Positions 13,429-23,990 of a stretch of DNA of 64,000 nt are shown here, one piece after another. The position numbers and the translations under genes are program-made. The notes beneath the pieces are model-generated. The model saw nothing but the letters and a program-made list of their open reading frames with translations. It ran no database searches and was not told where the DNA came from. Source of the stretch: Paraglomus brasilianum (taxonomy: Eukaryota); assembly GCA_910592345.1 (NCBI GenBank), contig CAJVPI010000029.1:1-64000 (forward strand), written 5' to 3'. Each line of letters starts with the position of its first letter. Within the stretch, counting starts at the first letter, position 1.

Positions 13429-15043
13429 TTAAGCCTTCGTCTTGGTAACAACGTTAAACAACATGCTCTCATAAAAAGCAAACAAGCCCACGACTGTGGC
13501 ACCCACATAAACAACAACATCAGGTATGTATTGACGAACGTCTTCACTCCAATCAAAATTCCCCGAAGAAACAGCCAACATCGCGCCCTGTGCCACAGCA
13601 AACGCGAGTGGATTGTATGATAACCGAGACGGTTCGAAATTGAAGATATAAGAAAGCAGGTATGGGGTAAAGACTAGGAAAGCAAAAAAGTTTAAAAGTG
13701 GACGCCAGAATGCGTGCCAGTCTAAAAGGACCGAGAGGTCAGGACCGGGAAAATAAGAATCGTCAACTGGATTTGGGATGGCCTTTGTGAAACAAAAAAC
13801 GGTTAGTCGGTTTGAACTTGACAAGGTTGTATATATACGGATTACAGTACGAATTGCATCTGTATTCCCAAAATACTTACTTCTGCTTTCCATTCAATCA
13901 CAGAATATAAAAAAATCGCTATTTCTGTAACCAAAAAGGCTTTAACTAACGACTGGGAATCCGTTACCTTCTGTAATTAACCAAAAAGAAAAATTAATTT
14001 TTAATTCAAATTCTCTTTCACACCACACACAATGACCTTATCATCCACACTCGCAAAACCCCAATTTCTCCTTTCACTTTCCATATATCCTTCCCGCCCT
14101 TTTCCCTTTAAAGTCGATCCACGAACCTGGCGCATATTATCAGCAATGCGTTGAGGTGAACTCAACATTAAATAACTTTTTAGAGATTCCAATGGTGATA
14201 CACTTGCCGGCTTGGGTTGTGTTTCTCTAGGAATTGGCGTCACTTGTGAATTTTCTACTACTGATGGCTGTGGAATTGTCCCTTTCGGAACATCCTGGAT
14301 TTCCTGTATTAATGTTGGTTTTAGATTAAGTAAGGAAAAGACTGATTCAGGAAGTACAATTCATTAGGTAATTACCGGTTTTTCAGTAGGCACCTCGAAA
14401 CCTTCAGATCTTTGGAAATAACAAGACAAGTTTAGCAAATAAATTATCGGTTCAAATGGTGCTATGGACAAATTACGGTTCTATAAAAAACTTCCTTGAA
14501 CCAACTATACTATACGTCTCTTCTTTCATACCCGTTTCCATTCACCGCTTCTTGATGTGCTGGGGGAGGGAAGTTGCGACCAGACCGACGACGTGCTGGA
14601 GAAGCGTCTCCCACTGTGTGATTGATGGTGGGCTGTTGGCTCAAGCAGTATAACCTGAGTAATTGAATGACGTAATGCATGCAAAATTAGGTAAATTGAA
14701 TAATATCTAGTATTCTAAGCAATTGCTCTTATGAATCAGCAAAGCAAAGCATATAAAACACAGTTTGATTTAATTCTCCCTTTGCCAACTCACTTGATCC
14801 TGTTCTCCAAGTCAGTTTTAAGACCGGTTGTAGCTAAGCCCAACGTGGATGCAATCTCTGTAGATGTAGAGTTGACGTTTATTATTATTACGCCTTTTAC
14901 TTGTAGTGATGTTTCGTCGTTTGCTATGTTCTCTAAGACATATTCAAGACAGAATTTATTTACTTACCAATCAGGTCATTCTTCTTCTTAGCTCTCAATC
15001 CGTTAATTGAGAAGGGAGGGTTAGATGCAGTTGTTGGAGCCAT
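13429..15043 (-). CDS. Bqt3/Gtt3-like multi-pass membrane protein with N-terminal SAP/HeH-like helix pair
   Basis: Seven exons splice in frame: MAPTTASNPPFSINGLRAKKKNDLI-EIASTLGLATTGLKTDLENRIK (SAP-like), a disordered linker, then membrane region PDLSVLLDWHAFWRPLL...PYLLSYIFNF...YNPLAFAVAQ...VGATVVGLFAFYESML, resembling the fungal Bqt3/Gtt3 family. Confidence 0.7.
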
Positions 15044-15899
15044 CTATAGTTTGTGGTTATATGCAGTATCGGAAACAAGTGTATGTGATGGAACGAGGAT
15101 GTGTTCGAATGAACTTTTCTATGTTCTGTTGCGAGTAGAGTACTCGATTATAACAGTGAACGAAGCGTAGATTGCGGTTGTAAGAGTAAGAACAAGAATA
15201 GTGCTTTGTTTTTTTGGGGGTGAGGCGAATGAGAGGATGCGGATTTACGTAACACGACGGGGAATCGAGTAAATTTGGCTGTGAAAGCGACATGTCACAC
15301 TGCATGTGATCTTGATATATATATGATATGACAAACAATATGATTAACAATATACAGATTCAGCTCGTACTAATACTAATGTTAATGTAAATTAGGTTTC
15401 CAGAAGAGCTAACTGTATATGTCATTTGAGTATATTAATATATGATGGGGTATGTGCGTGACTTACTGGTTTTTGGAATAACAAATAACATAACCACCTC
15501 ACAAGCCAACTAACTACCATACTTTTCGAGGACGTTTGGCGAAACTGTTAGAAAAGCCTTACATCCGAGGAATTTTATGGATCAGCGCATGCTAAATCTT
15601 TAATTGGACGTATTTTTTTATTAGCGCATTCGTATCGAAAATATTATTACATCATCGCACATCACATATGTATGTTCCACAACCCGTCTTTGTCGTTTTT
15701 TTCTTTCTTCTTTTTCTTAGGGTCGTCAGGGTCTAGTGTAGAGATTCTTCTCCGAATGCAAACAATATCCAACGTTTATTGACGCTTTAACGTATTCCAT
15801 CTGCTTTTGCCATTTTTATTTGGCGTTATTAGACTGTCTGTCAGGAATTCGAAGACTTGAATTCGTTAACCAAAATTCCTTGGCTGCATCTTACGATTG

Positions 15900-16260
15900 T
15901 TATCAATTTTGTGAAGATGACATCCATCTCCGGCCGCAATTTATTCTAACAAACTTTGAACAAGCTGCCATTAACGCTGCTCGTGTGGAGTTTGCAATAA
16001 AGGCTGTCATTTTCATTTGGCACAGAATATTTATCAAAGAATACAAATATCTGGTCTCAGACTTATGCTTACTTGTGCGACACATTCGCCACCTGATGAA
16101 AAAAAAAAAAAAAATTACTGCAGCATTTGACGAATTAAAAGACAATATTCTAATGGGTGATACAATAAGGCGTATATCAAGGAATGGAAATGTAATTCGA
16201 GCTTTGCCCTTATTTCCACCCGATTTTTGGTCCCTCAAAATTCGGCATCGCAAGTGTCTT
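15900..16260 (+). mobile_element. Degenerate MULE (Mutator-like) transposase fragment
   Basis: LRPQFILTNFEQAAINAARVEF (TDFE motif, here with D to N) and, after a frameshift, KGCHFHLAQNIYQRIQISGL (CxxH motif), later PLFPPDFWS. Confidence 0.75.
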
Positions 16261-16489
16261 TAAAATTATAAAAAAATACAATTTAAGTTCAGCATGAGAT
16301 AGAATTAATTGTACAAACTTATATACGTGAAATGCGAATTCAAACAGCCTTTAATAACCGTTGCAACAGGTCACTCGTGGAATTTCTTTTGAGGTATTAC
16401 GTTTGGTGTGATTATTCTAAATGTAAATAAATTGGTGTTGTTTTTATAGTAAAAGTTCTTTTATTCATCGTATTCATTACAACAAACGC

Positions 16490-16543
16490 AGCAGCTCTAG
16501 AGGTCCACCTTAGCTGTGCTTAATAAAAGACACACAAAATCAC
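16490..16543 (+). mobile_element. 54-bp retroposed insertion flanked by a 12-bp direct repeat (candidate TSD)
   Basis: tacaacaaacgc at 16478-16489 and 16544-16555 flanks agcagctctagaggtccaccttagctgtgcttAATAAAagacacacaaaatcac. Confidence 0.6.
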
Positions 16544-16662
16544 TACAACAAACGCGAATTTCTGCGCATCAATTACAATTATCATTGGTCACACTCTGTC
16601 AAGGTCTAGAAAGTTCCTCACGTCATTGATTAAGCCAGTGATCAGATTAGTATATTAGTATC

Positions 16663-16830
16663 ATGGCGTGTATCGAAGAAACGCGACAAGAACTGAAGAA
16701 TGCAAAGAAGGAAAGCGTTGGAGAGGGAGAAAAGGAATATTGTTACGGAAAAGAAAAAACTAAAAAGAGAGAAGAGAAACCCGCCTGAGGCAAGTGGAAA
16801 AACTGCAGATAAAAAACACTACTGCTACTT
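16663..16830 (+). pseudogene. Decayed N-terminal Glu/Lys-rich coiled-coil relic of a multicopy gene family
   Basis: ATG...MACIEETRQELKNAKKE followed by frameshifted Glu/Lys-rich sequence (RLRQVEKLQ). No intact continuation. Confidence 0.3.
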
Positions 16831-17209
16831 GTGTCAACTTCTATATATGGTACATATAAGTTTTAGGTTATAAAAAACCATAACAATATACAGTGTGTTA
16901 CGAAGAAAAAAAAGCAAAAGAACTACAGTCAGACCTCTCATGAAGAATATTTTATCATGGAACGATCTACAAAAACAGCTGTTTTTACTTATTGCTTTGG
17001 GTTTAGTTTGGCTTTAACTACTTTGCCGTTTGCTATTTATTTTGCTGTTTCTTCTGGAATTTCTTTACTTTATCTTCTCTTTTTCACGGACTGTTTCTTA
17101 ATTTAGCTTATTTTTCCCTTCTAGTTCCAGCCCTTTTTTATATATTCTGGTGGTTCGCTGATCTGCATATGACACAATCGTTCATTGGCTATGCGCTACT
17201 TTTCTCTAC

Positions 17210-17606
17210 TATCGCGAGGGACTTTTATTCACAACAAGGTGCTCGCTAAAGCCCAGTTTTATCTATCTACAATACATGCAGAGGAAGAGAATAAAGTCCT
17301 AAATTGGCGTTGATCTGTGTATTAAGGGAAGGGGGAGATGTATCTAGCCTTGGAGCAGGTAATAATGGAGAGGATGTTAGTAGGGTTTATCCAAGGAGTT
17401 AGAGAATCTATGTGTAGATCTAGCGTACGGAGAAAAAGAAGACGTCCTAGGAGTTGGTCGAGTATGTGAGAAATGGATGATGTGGGGTTGTGCCCAAAGG
17501 CTCTTGAAGTGAAGGCATTCCACATTGTGAGTATGGCTGCAGACTGGAGAGAGCGGAGAAGACGGAGTTGTTGTGGGGTGAGAGAGGGGTCAGGAGTATG
17601 AGGGGG
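17210..17606 (-). mobile_element. 5'-truncated non-LTR retrotransposon (LINE, L1-like ORF2 C-terminus plus 3'UTR) with perfect 17-bp TSD
   Basis: gcgctacttttctctac at 17193-17209 and 17607-17623. The minus frame is open from the insertion edge to TAA at 17322 (QQLRLLRSLQSAAILTMWNAFTSRAFG..., W-x4-R-x-F like L1 ORF2 ends). The 3'UTR ends AATAAAAGTCCCTCGCGATAG. Confidence 0.85.
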
Positions 17607-17861
17607 GCGCTACTTTTCTCTACCCAAACTAGTATCGGGCCACCTCGATTATCACGTGCGCACTTTTTTGTCACTCGTCACTTATGGTTTGGAAAATTCT
17701 GTTGACTGTGTCATTTTTCAGGGCTTTTTATTTTCGCGATTTAGTTCCATTTGAATTCGACGTTTTAAACAAAACACCTATGGTGCGAAAGTAAACGCGG
17801 TTTTATCAATTTATCATGGGTGAAATACTGAGCTTTTGTCCTTTTTTTCATTTATAAAGCA

Positions 17862-18350
17862 GATGCATGAATATTTTAATCGAACATTTTCCGAGTGGAA
17901 CATTATAGACTTCCTAGACGTTTGCGATCTTCAAGATTTTGGTCAGAAGATAGGGATTTATCTTAAGTCTCTTGAGGACATCTCTTGTTCTAATAAAGGG
18001 CAAAGAAGCAAACAAGCAAAAGAATTGCTTAAGAGATATAAAGAGGCAAGTTAATTATTATTATTTTACTTATATAGAATTTGGTGGCATGGTAGAGGAT
18101 CTTGGGTCTTGTACCATTCAAGTCTATAGGGTGAGCCATGAAGTTAGTGTTGGGGCGGAGGCAATCTAGAGGGCTGTCTTATGTTTAAGACTAAAGGTTG
18201 ATCAGCACTAATACCACTGGGGGGAGGCAATCTAGAGGGTTGCCTTACTTTAAAGACTAAAGGTTGACCTGGTGGAATGAGAAATTAGGTTGGAGCCGAA
18301 GACATGCATAATGAAGAATATTGTTATCCATGTAACCCTTTGAATCTAGG
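17862..18350 (+). pseudogene. 5' fragment of a Glomeromycotina-type multicopy hypothetical gene, truncated
   Basis: MHEYFNRTFSEWNIIDFLDVCDLQDFGQKIGIYLKSLEDISCSNKGQRSKQAKELLKRYKE followed by a GCAAGT (GC-type) donor at 18046. No intact downstream exons before the LTR-like segment. Confidence 0.5.
18151..18269. repeat. Imperfect ~52-bp direct repeat, two copies
   Basis: tggggcggaggcaatctagagggctgtcttatgtttaagactaaaggttga vs tggggggaggcaatctagagggttgccttactttaaagactaaaggttga. Confidence 0.8.
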
Positions 18351-18453
18351 ACAATAAGCCTGATTTTTTTTTATTATAAATATACAATTTATTTTCTATC
18401 GTCGAAATAATTGATTATTAGGCCGGACACTCCAATAAGCGGCTCACTTAAGC

Positions 18454-18917
18454 TGTAACGGAATAGAATTGATTTGATCAAGCTAGTAAGCTGTCCGTGG
18501 ATCAATTACGTGAATAACGGAACGAGAGTTCATAGTTAATTATTGAGACGAATATTGTTTAATTAGTTTAGATAGAGCAAGTGACGGATACCGACTAGTC
18601 GAAACACAAATCGAAGATAGCCCTATTTAAAAAATTTAAAAATATTATTATTCCCCTTGATTCTTTAGTAGAATAATTGTTGTTATTATTTTATTAGAGG
18701 TACCCTTATTTTATATTCACAAATGTTTGAAACTCGGATAGGGAGTGAGAAGCGCGCATAATTAAATAGGTCACTTGAGTTCAGTCTTAATTGCACAACT
18801 ATCGTAGTAAGGGCGATAGTACGAGCTAAGCCTGATAACACCCCCCGGTCGGCGAACACACCTACACGAAAGATAAATCGCTTTCCCAAAAACCCCATTT
18901 ATTACCCGACCGTAACA
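18454..18917. mobile_element. Candidate retrotransposon LTR, 464 bp
   Basis: Starts TGTAACGG and ends CCGTAACA (TG...CA, 7/8 inverted match). The Tc1 reading frame stops exactly at 18918. No matching 5-bp TSD seen. Confidence 0.5.
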
Positions 18918-19770
18918 GTTCTTTCCCACTCTTCCACTATAAATGTCTCTAATTCACTAATGTTTTTTGACATGCACTTCTCTATTCTGGTTTTACAATG
19001 TTCCAGAGATTCTCAATTGGATTCAAATCCGGACTGTTGGATGACCAATCCATTTTTTCTGGAACATTGGTGGTGGAAAGAAACGCCTTAGTGACACGGC
19101 TAGTATGCTTGGGATTGTTATCTTGTTGAAAGTGCCATTTTCTTTTCCCAAGCAACTGCTGCACTTCTGGCATGTGGTTCTGGAGGATTTCAACATAAAA
19201 CTCACCATCCATGATCCGGCGGAAGCAGAACAAGGATTATTTGCCTTTCACACAAAACCCTCCCCATGCCATAATTTTTGTTCAGTCTTTCGGCATAGGG
19301 CGAACTGGCTGTGCAATCGTTCCACTGTGTTTCGAACAGTTGAAATGCTGTCTCATCAGTAAAAAAAGTCTTTTTCCAATTGTCGTTTAGATGGTCACGT
19401 GCCTACTCCACACGTTGAGTCTGTAAGCATAGGAGTCGCCTTGGGAAGACTTTTGAGTATTCAAGTCGTGCAAGGTGTCTTGAAATGGACGTGGATACCC
19501 TTATTTCCAATTTTGTCGCCAAAGTTCTGGTAGGAATTGAACTATCTCGGCAATAAATTGTCCAATAGCCCGCGAAGCATTAACGGTAATCTTTCTTGGA
19601 CGACCACTTCCCTCAACGCGCTTGATTGTTTCTTTTTCTTTAAGTCTTTTTATGTTGCGATATATGATGGCGGGTGGGATGTTTGTGCGTGCATGCAATT
19701 CCTTGCAATCACGTACACCTTCGTCCATAAATGTAATATTACTTGCCGCTGTTGTTCTTGTTTCGAAATG
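18918..19770 (-). mobile_element. Tc1/IS630 transposase pseudogene
   Basis: Frameshifted pieces: QEQQRQVILHLW / GVRDCKELHARTNIP...GSGRPRKIT (HTH), FFTDETAFQLF (first D), WHFQQDNNPKHTS (second D), DWSSNSPDLNPIENLWNIVK (E, 35 residues after the second D), ELETFIVEEWER. Confidence 0.9.
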
Positions 19771-19772
19771 TA

Positions 19773-20451
19773 CAGTAGGATGCAAAAGTATCCCCCCACT
19801 TCTAATTCGGGACACGAATGAGTAAATGCTTTGAAAGTTTCCCTGTATATAGTGTATAATAAACCTTGATCACTTGTAAAATTTCAGCTTGATCTCTAAA
19901 CACCAACGTTTTTACCATGACATATTTCGGGGTTCAGTCATAAGAGTTCAAAAATTCATATCTCAACACTTGTCTAACCACATTTTTTTATTTTGTTCCT
20001 CTGCACCATCGAATTGCATTCATGTAATTTTAGAACAAATTACTGTGTGATCTCTACTACAAAATACAAACAATTGTGCGGCATAATAAGACTTATAAAG
20101 ATCGTTCACGTGTCTTGCCAAGTATAATAGCGATTTCGACTACCACATCGAAAGAAATACGTAGGAATTGGTTTGATAAACAAACAAAAAAAAGATATGG
20201 AGATATGGATTTTTGAAGTATAAATTGAATAAGCGATGTAGGGTTTTTATATTAATATGCTTTTATATGTTTTTCATATGTTTTAGAGGCAAATATTAGA
20301 TGTTTGTAAATTTTTTACTGGAGACATCCGATCAAACCGAAATTTTACAAGTGATCAGGGTTTATTATACACTATATACAGGGAAACTTTCAAAGCATTT
20401 ACTCATTCGTGTCCCGAATTAGAAGTGGGGGGATACTTTTGCATCCTACTG
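19773..20451. mobile_element. 679-bp Tc1/mariner-type MITE with 122-bp TIRs and TA TSD
   Basis: TA|CAGTAGGATGCAAAAGTATCCCC... (19773-19894) is the reverse complement of 20330-20451 (...GGATACTTTTGCATCCTACTG|TA) with 3 mismatches. The interior is non-coding and AT-rich. Confidence 0.95.
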
Positions 20452-20664
20452 TACGGTGTGTTGCAAAAAAATGAGATTTTTTTTACGTAAAATAAAATGC
20501 TTGTATCTCGATCTAGATGCATCAGATCTAAAAAATGTAAATAGGAAATAATCGCGATTATCAAGAGTAAATTTAAGCAGCGTTTACGCATTGTTTTCAT
20601 TGTACACTCTTTGAGTTTACCCAACTCGTGATGTATATATACTCTTCCAGACATTGATGACTTG

Positions 20665-21014
20665 TTAAGAGATGAATGGCGTTTCAATAAGACAATGACC
20701 TAAAACATACTAGCTGCCACTAAAAACTTTCTTCGGGATAACATGCCTGAAGTTATAGACTGGCCTTTCTAACAGTCTTGACTTAAATCCAACAGAGAAT
20801 CTCCGTAATGATGCCGAAAAATATTGGTGATGATATTCCACAATTAACCCTAATTGGTTAGTACGATCATAGAAAGTAGCGGTGAACGCATTCCATAATA
20901 AAATTTTTTTAAATAAAATCCGCTTTCAAATGGTATAAAATTCATCTTATTTGCACCATTGATTCTTGCGTAATGTGTAATTTTGTAATTACGGATTTTT
21001 TTGGTCCCACACTG
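20665..21014 (+). mobile_element. Second Tc1 relic: 3' part of transposase plus right terminal repeat
   Basis: Decayed WRF..DNDLKHTS / KNFLRDNMPEVIDWP / NSLDLNPTENL and SGERIP. Ends ...ggtcccacactg|TA, a CAGTG-type terminus. Confidence 0.75.
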
Positions 21015-21187
21015 TATATTATAATTAAGGACGTGGAAGGGTTTGACGAAAATGGTTGCTCCTCTGAGAAGTCACAAAGAAATGCTTATTACCCGACATA
21101 GGAAATAAGTAACCTTGTTTAAGTTGTAACAGACAACGCAGAACCTGCTGAATGTTTTTTTCTTAGTAGCTGTTTAGTCGCGGGAAG

Positions 21188-21279
21188 CAATCATTTCACC
21201 GACAATCATTTCACCGACAAATATTTACCAACATTATTTCGAATTTATCCTTTTTTAGTAGTTAATTGTCGGTGAAATG
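21188..21279. repeat. Tandem plus inverted CATTTCACCGACAA motif (TIR-like relic)
   Basis: caatcatttcaccga twice (21188-21217) and inverted ttgtcggtgaaatg (21266-21279). A related gacaatcatttcacc occurs at 22771-22785. Confidence 0.65.
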
Positions 21280-21495
21280 TAATGAAATAATACCATGATT
21301 TGTGTTACACGGTTGCCTACAAGTTTTTACTAGAACATTGTTGGATTCCATTATATATAATTCTTATTCTATAAAATATGGGGAATTTGGATAGTGGGAT
21401 ATTGGGGATAATAATCTGAGTGGGATACAACTGAGAAATTTATATGAAATTAGAGGAAACAAATGAGAGTGCAATAGAGATTTTCGATTTACAAG

Positions 21496-21531
21496 TTTCA
21501 AGTGGTCCTAAAATTTTGACCGGAGAGTATA
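21496..21531. mobile_element. Orphan Tc1-like terminal inverted repeat end
   Basis: tttcaagtggtcctaaaattttgaccggagagtata reads TATACTCTCCGGTCAAAATTTTAGGACCAC on the minus strand, resembling Tc1 TIR starts. No partner found in the window. Confidence 0.35.
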
Positions 21532-21708
21532 CTAGTTGTAACAAGTAACACACGGATTGTAACTGAAATAAAGTTATCATGTCGAAAACCACAATTCAAT
21601 TAGGAAAGTATTAATGTTATGAGAAAACCAGTTTGTCTAATAAGCATACATAACGAAGTTGCACAACCAATTGACGAAATGTTTATCATATGAAATTGAT
21701 GTTTGCTA

Positions 21709-22351
21709 TTAAATATCGATATTCTCTCCATTCATTTGATTACAAAAAAACAAAGAAAGTTTGATTTTAAAAGATGGAACATCTCCAGACTCTTTCGGTT
21801 GATTATGCAAATGGTACATTTTGCAAACGAAATAAATAAACATACCAAGAGCAACAAGACCGGCGATACCAATCAACGCTCTGACCAAGATACCAAAATT
21901 ATTTGTTACTTGCACTATATTAGAATTGTCGTCACTCTCGCTAGCAGGCGAGGGCAATGAGACTGTTGTTGTTGAACGTGGCAATAAAGTCGAAGAAAAT
22001 ACACTATATACAGACATTGTTATATGCAAATATGTTATATTCAACAAGTATCGAATATTAGCAATTTAATAAAGATGTTTTACATAAAAGATAAGAAATA
22101 CCTTTGCTTTGTTGTTGTCGGCAGACAAGTCGTTGTCCGCGTTGATTGAAAAGCCCGCCTATAAATTACAAACATATTACCACATATTGTAAGAACTCAC
22201 ACGTATTCTTCTTTTTATTTTCTTACCGGAAAATACAGGAACATTCCTGAAAATATGTTCCATCAGAATGACCGATTGGAACAGAATAGGTTCCAATAAC
22301 AATACAGAGACCGAAAACAACCGCCGCAAAGTATTTGTTTATTATTGCCAT
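21709..22351 (-). CDS. Small type-I membrane protein, 158 aa: signal peptide, Ser/Thr stalk, one TM helix
   Basis: Exons 22351-22227, 22158-22102, 22003-21709 with GT-AG introns total 477 nt in frame: MAIINKYFAAVVFGLCIVIGTYS-VPIGHSDGTYFQECSCIFRRAFQSTRTTTCLPTTTKQS...ILVRALIGIAGLVALGMFIYFVC-KMY... Confidence 0.7.
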
Positions 22352-23744
22352 TATGAATGGAATAGTACCCTCTGTTCCGTTAAAAAAGATTATGTATAAA
22401 GAGACCTCTTCTTTTCAAGAACGGTTATATTTTTGCCAAGAACAAGCGACGTGGAAGTCAACTATGGAATACATACAGTTATAAGTTATGTGACCTTATC
22501 GTCAAACCGAACAGATGTTCTATAATCAATACCAGCGAGAAAAATTTGTCTGTCCTAGTTTTTAAAGAATACGGCCGATTGAACGATCGGGTGGTGTAGT
22601 AGCGGAGTAGTGGGGTTGAGGAGAAAGCATACAATTATAATCACGGTAAACGTAGCAACATTTCCTTTTTAAACTAGTTATGAACATATTTATTTATTTA
22701 TGTATGTTCTCGTTATCATTCGATAAATATATCATGGATCGACAATATTTCTATCATTCGATGATGGATCGACAATCATTTCACCATATTCACCAACATG
22801 ATTGTCGACATTCTTTTACATTGTTAAGTGTTCTTCTTCATAATATGATAATAACTTTAGAATTTACCTTTTCTTTAGAAGTTATTTCTAACTTCAAGAA
22901 CATCTTTATGCGGACCTGAACTTGCTACTTTACTCTTTACAACTGCTCAAATTCCTACGTTCAACGTGGCTGTAATAGTAACCTAATGTGTGCAACAAAC
23001 GAAGAAGTTTTCATTTAGAAAGTGTAAACTTATTCTCGGCCACAGAATTGGCGTTGAAACAAGCGTTCCAGTTTTGTTTGCATTAGTAATTTTTTTCATG
23101 TAAAAGTGTAATATCGTCAGGGTTAGGCTGTGATTGCGGCCGTCCGTTTGTTTGGTTTTTCTTGTGCTCTGAAATGTGACATTTTACACTCATTACATTC
23201 TCATGAATAACCCACCCAACTGCACTTATTAGACCTCAGCAACATGCTTGCGTATACGTAGTGTGAATTTTTTATGTTTAAAATCATTGTTATTATTTTC
23301 GTTTTCAGTTAGAGGAGCAACACTTCATTGGCTAGTGAATAGAGACATTTAAAACAAGTTAAGTAGTGTACTATGTAAATGTTATTATTCACTTGTAAAA
23401 AATTGGTGTGGTTATTAAACTTTAATTAGGCAATCAATTCAAGATATCTATTTTTTATACCGAACCATATTACTAAATATATTAATAAGTAAAGACCTCT
23501 TTGTATTTAATCATCTCATCCAAATAACAGACATAGTCCACAAAGCTTACAGCAACTTTAAATAGGTTTTGAGTACTTTTCCCTTTTTAAATTTTAATCA
23601 GTAACATGTAGAAAGTTTGGTGTAGAATTAGTGGTTAACAGAAGATGTCATCAGTATAAAAGTACTTTCAAATGTACAATTAATAATACGTTCAATGCCA
23701 TAGCAATAATTAGTTAACTAATAATAACATGAATATGACTATGT

Positions 23745-23990
23745 GTCGTTGGCTGGGAGGCATTGAAAATGGCAGATTGTAATTGTCAGAACAGGTAACA
23801 AGTTTCACTGAGCGAGATTAATAACCCTCCGCATAAGTTGGCAAATTTTCTTCTCATTAGTATGGTTAATTTCAACCTCGCGATTTAATTCCTCCCATAG
23901 CTCTATGTTAGTCTATGTGAGCTGTGCTATTGCTGGATGGACCGCATTAAAAACTCTCTTCCATGTCTGCAAATTTCTTATAACATCTAC
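23745..23990 (-). pseudogene. Decayed coiled-coil coding relic, origin unknown
   Basis: Minus frame VDVIRNLQTWKRVFNAVHPAIAQLT*TNIELWEELNREVEINHTNEKKICQLMRRVINLAQ* reads as protein with two stops explainable by C to T changes. Confidence 0.3.

Noticed and set aside
19537..19821. ORFs 19537-19821 (+) and 20403-20687 (-) sharing the C-terminus SRMQKYPPTSNSGHE
   Set aside because: Both read into the MITE inverted repeats; not a duplicated gene.
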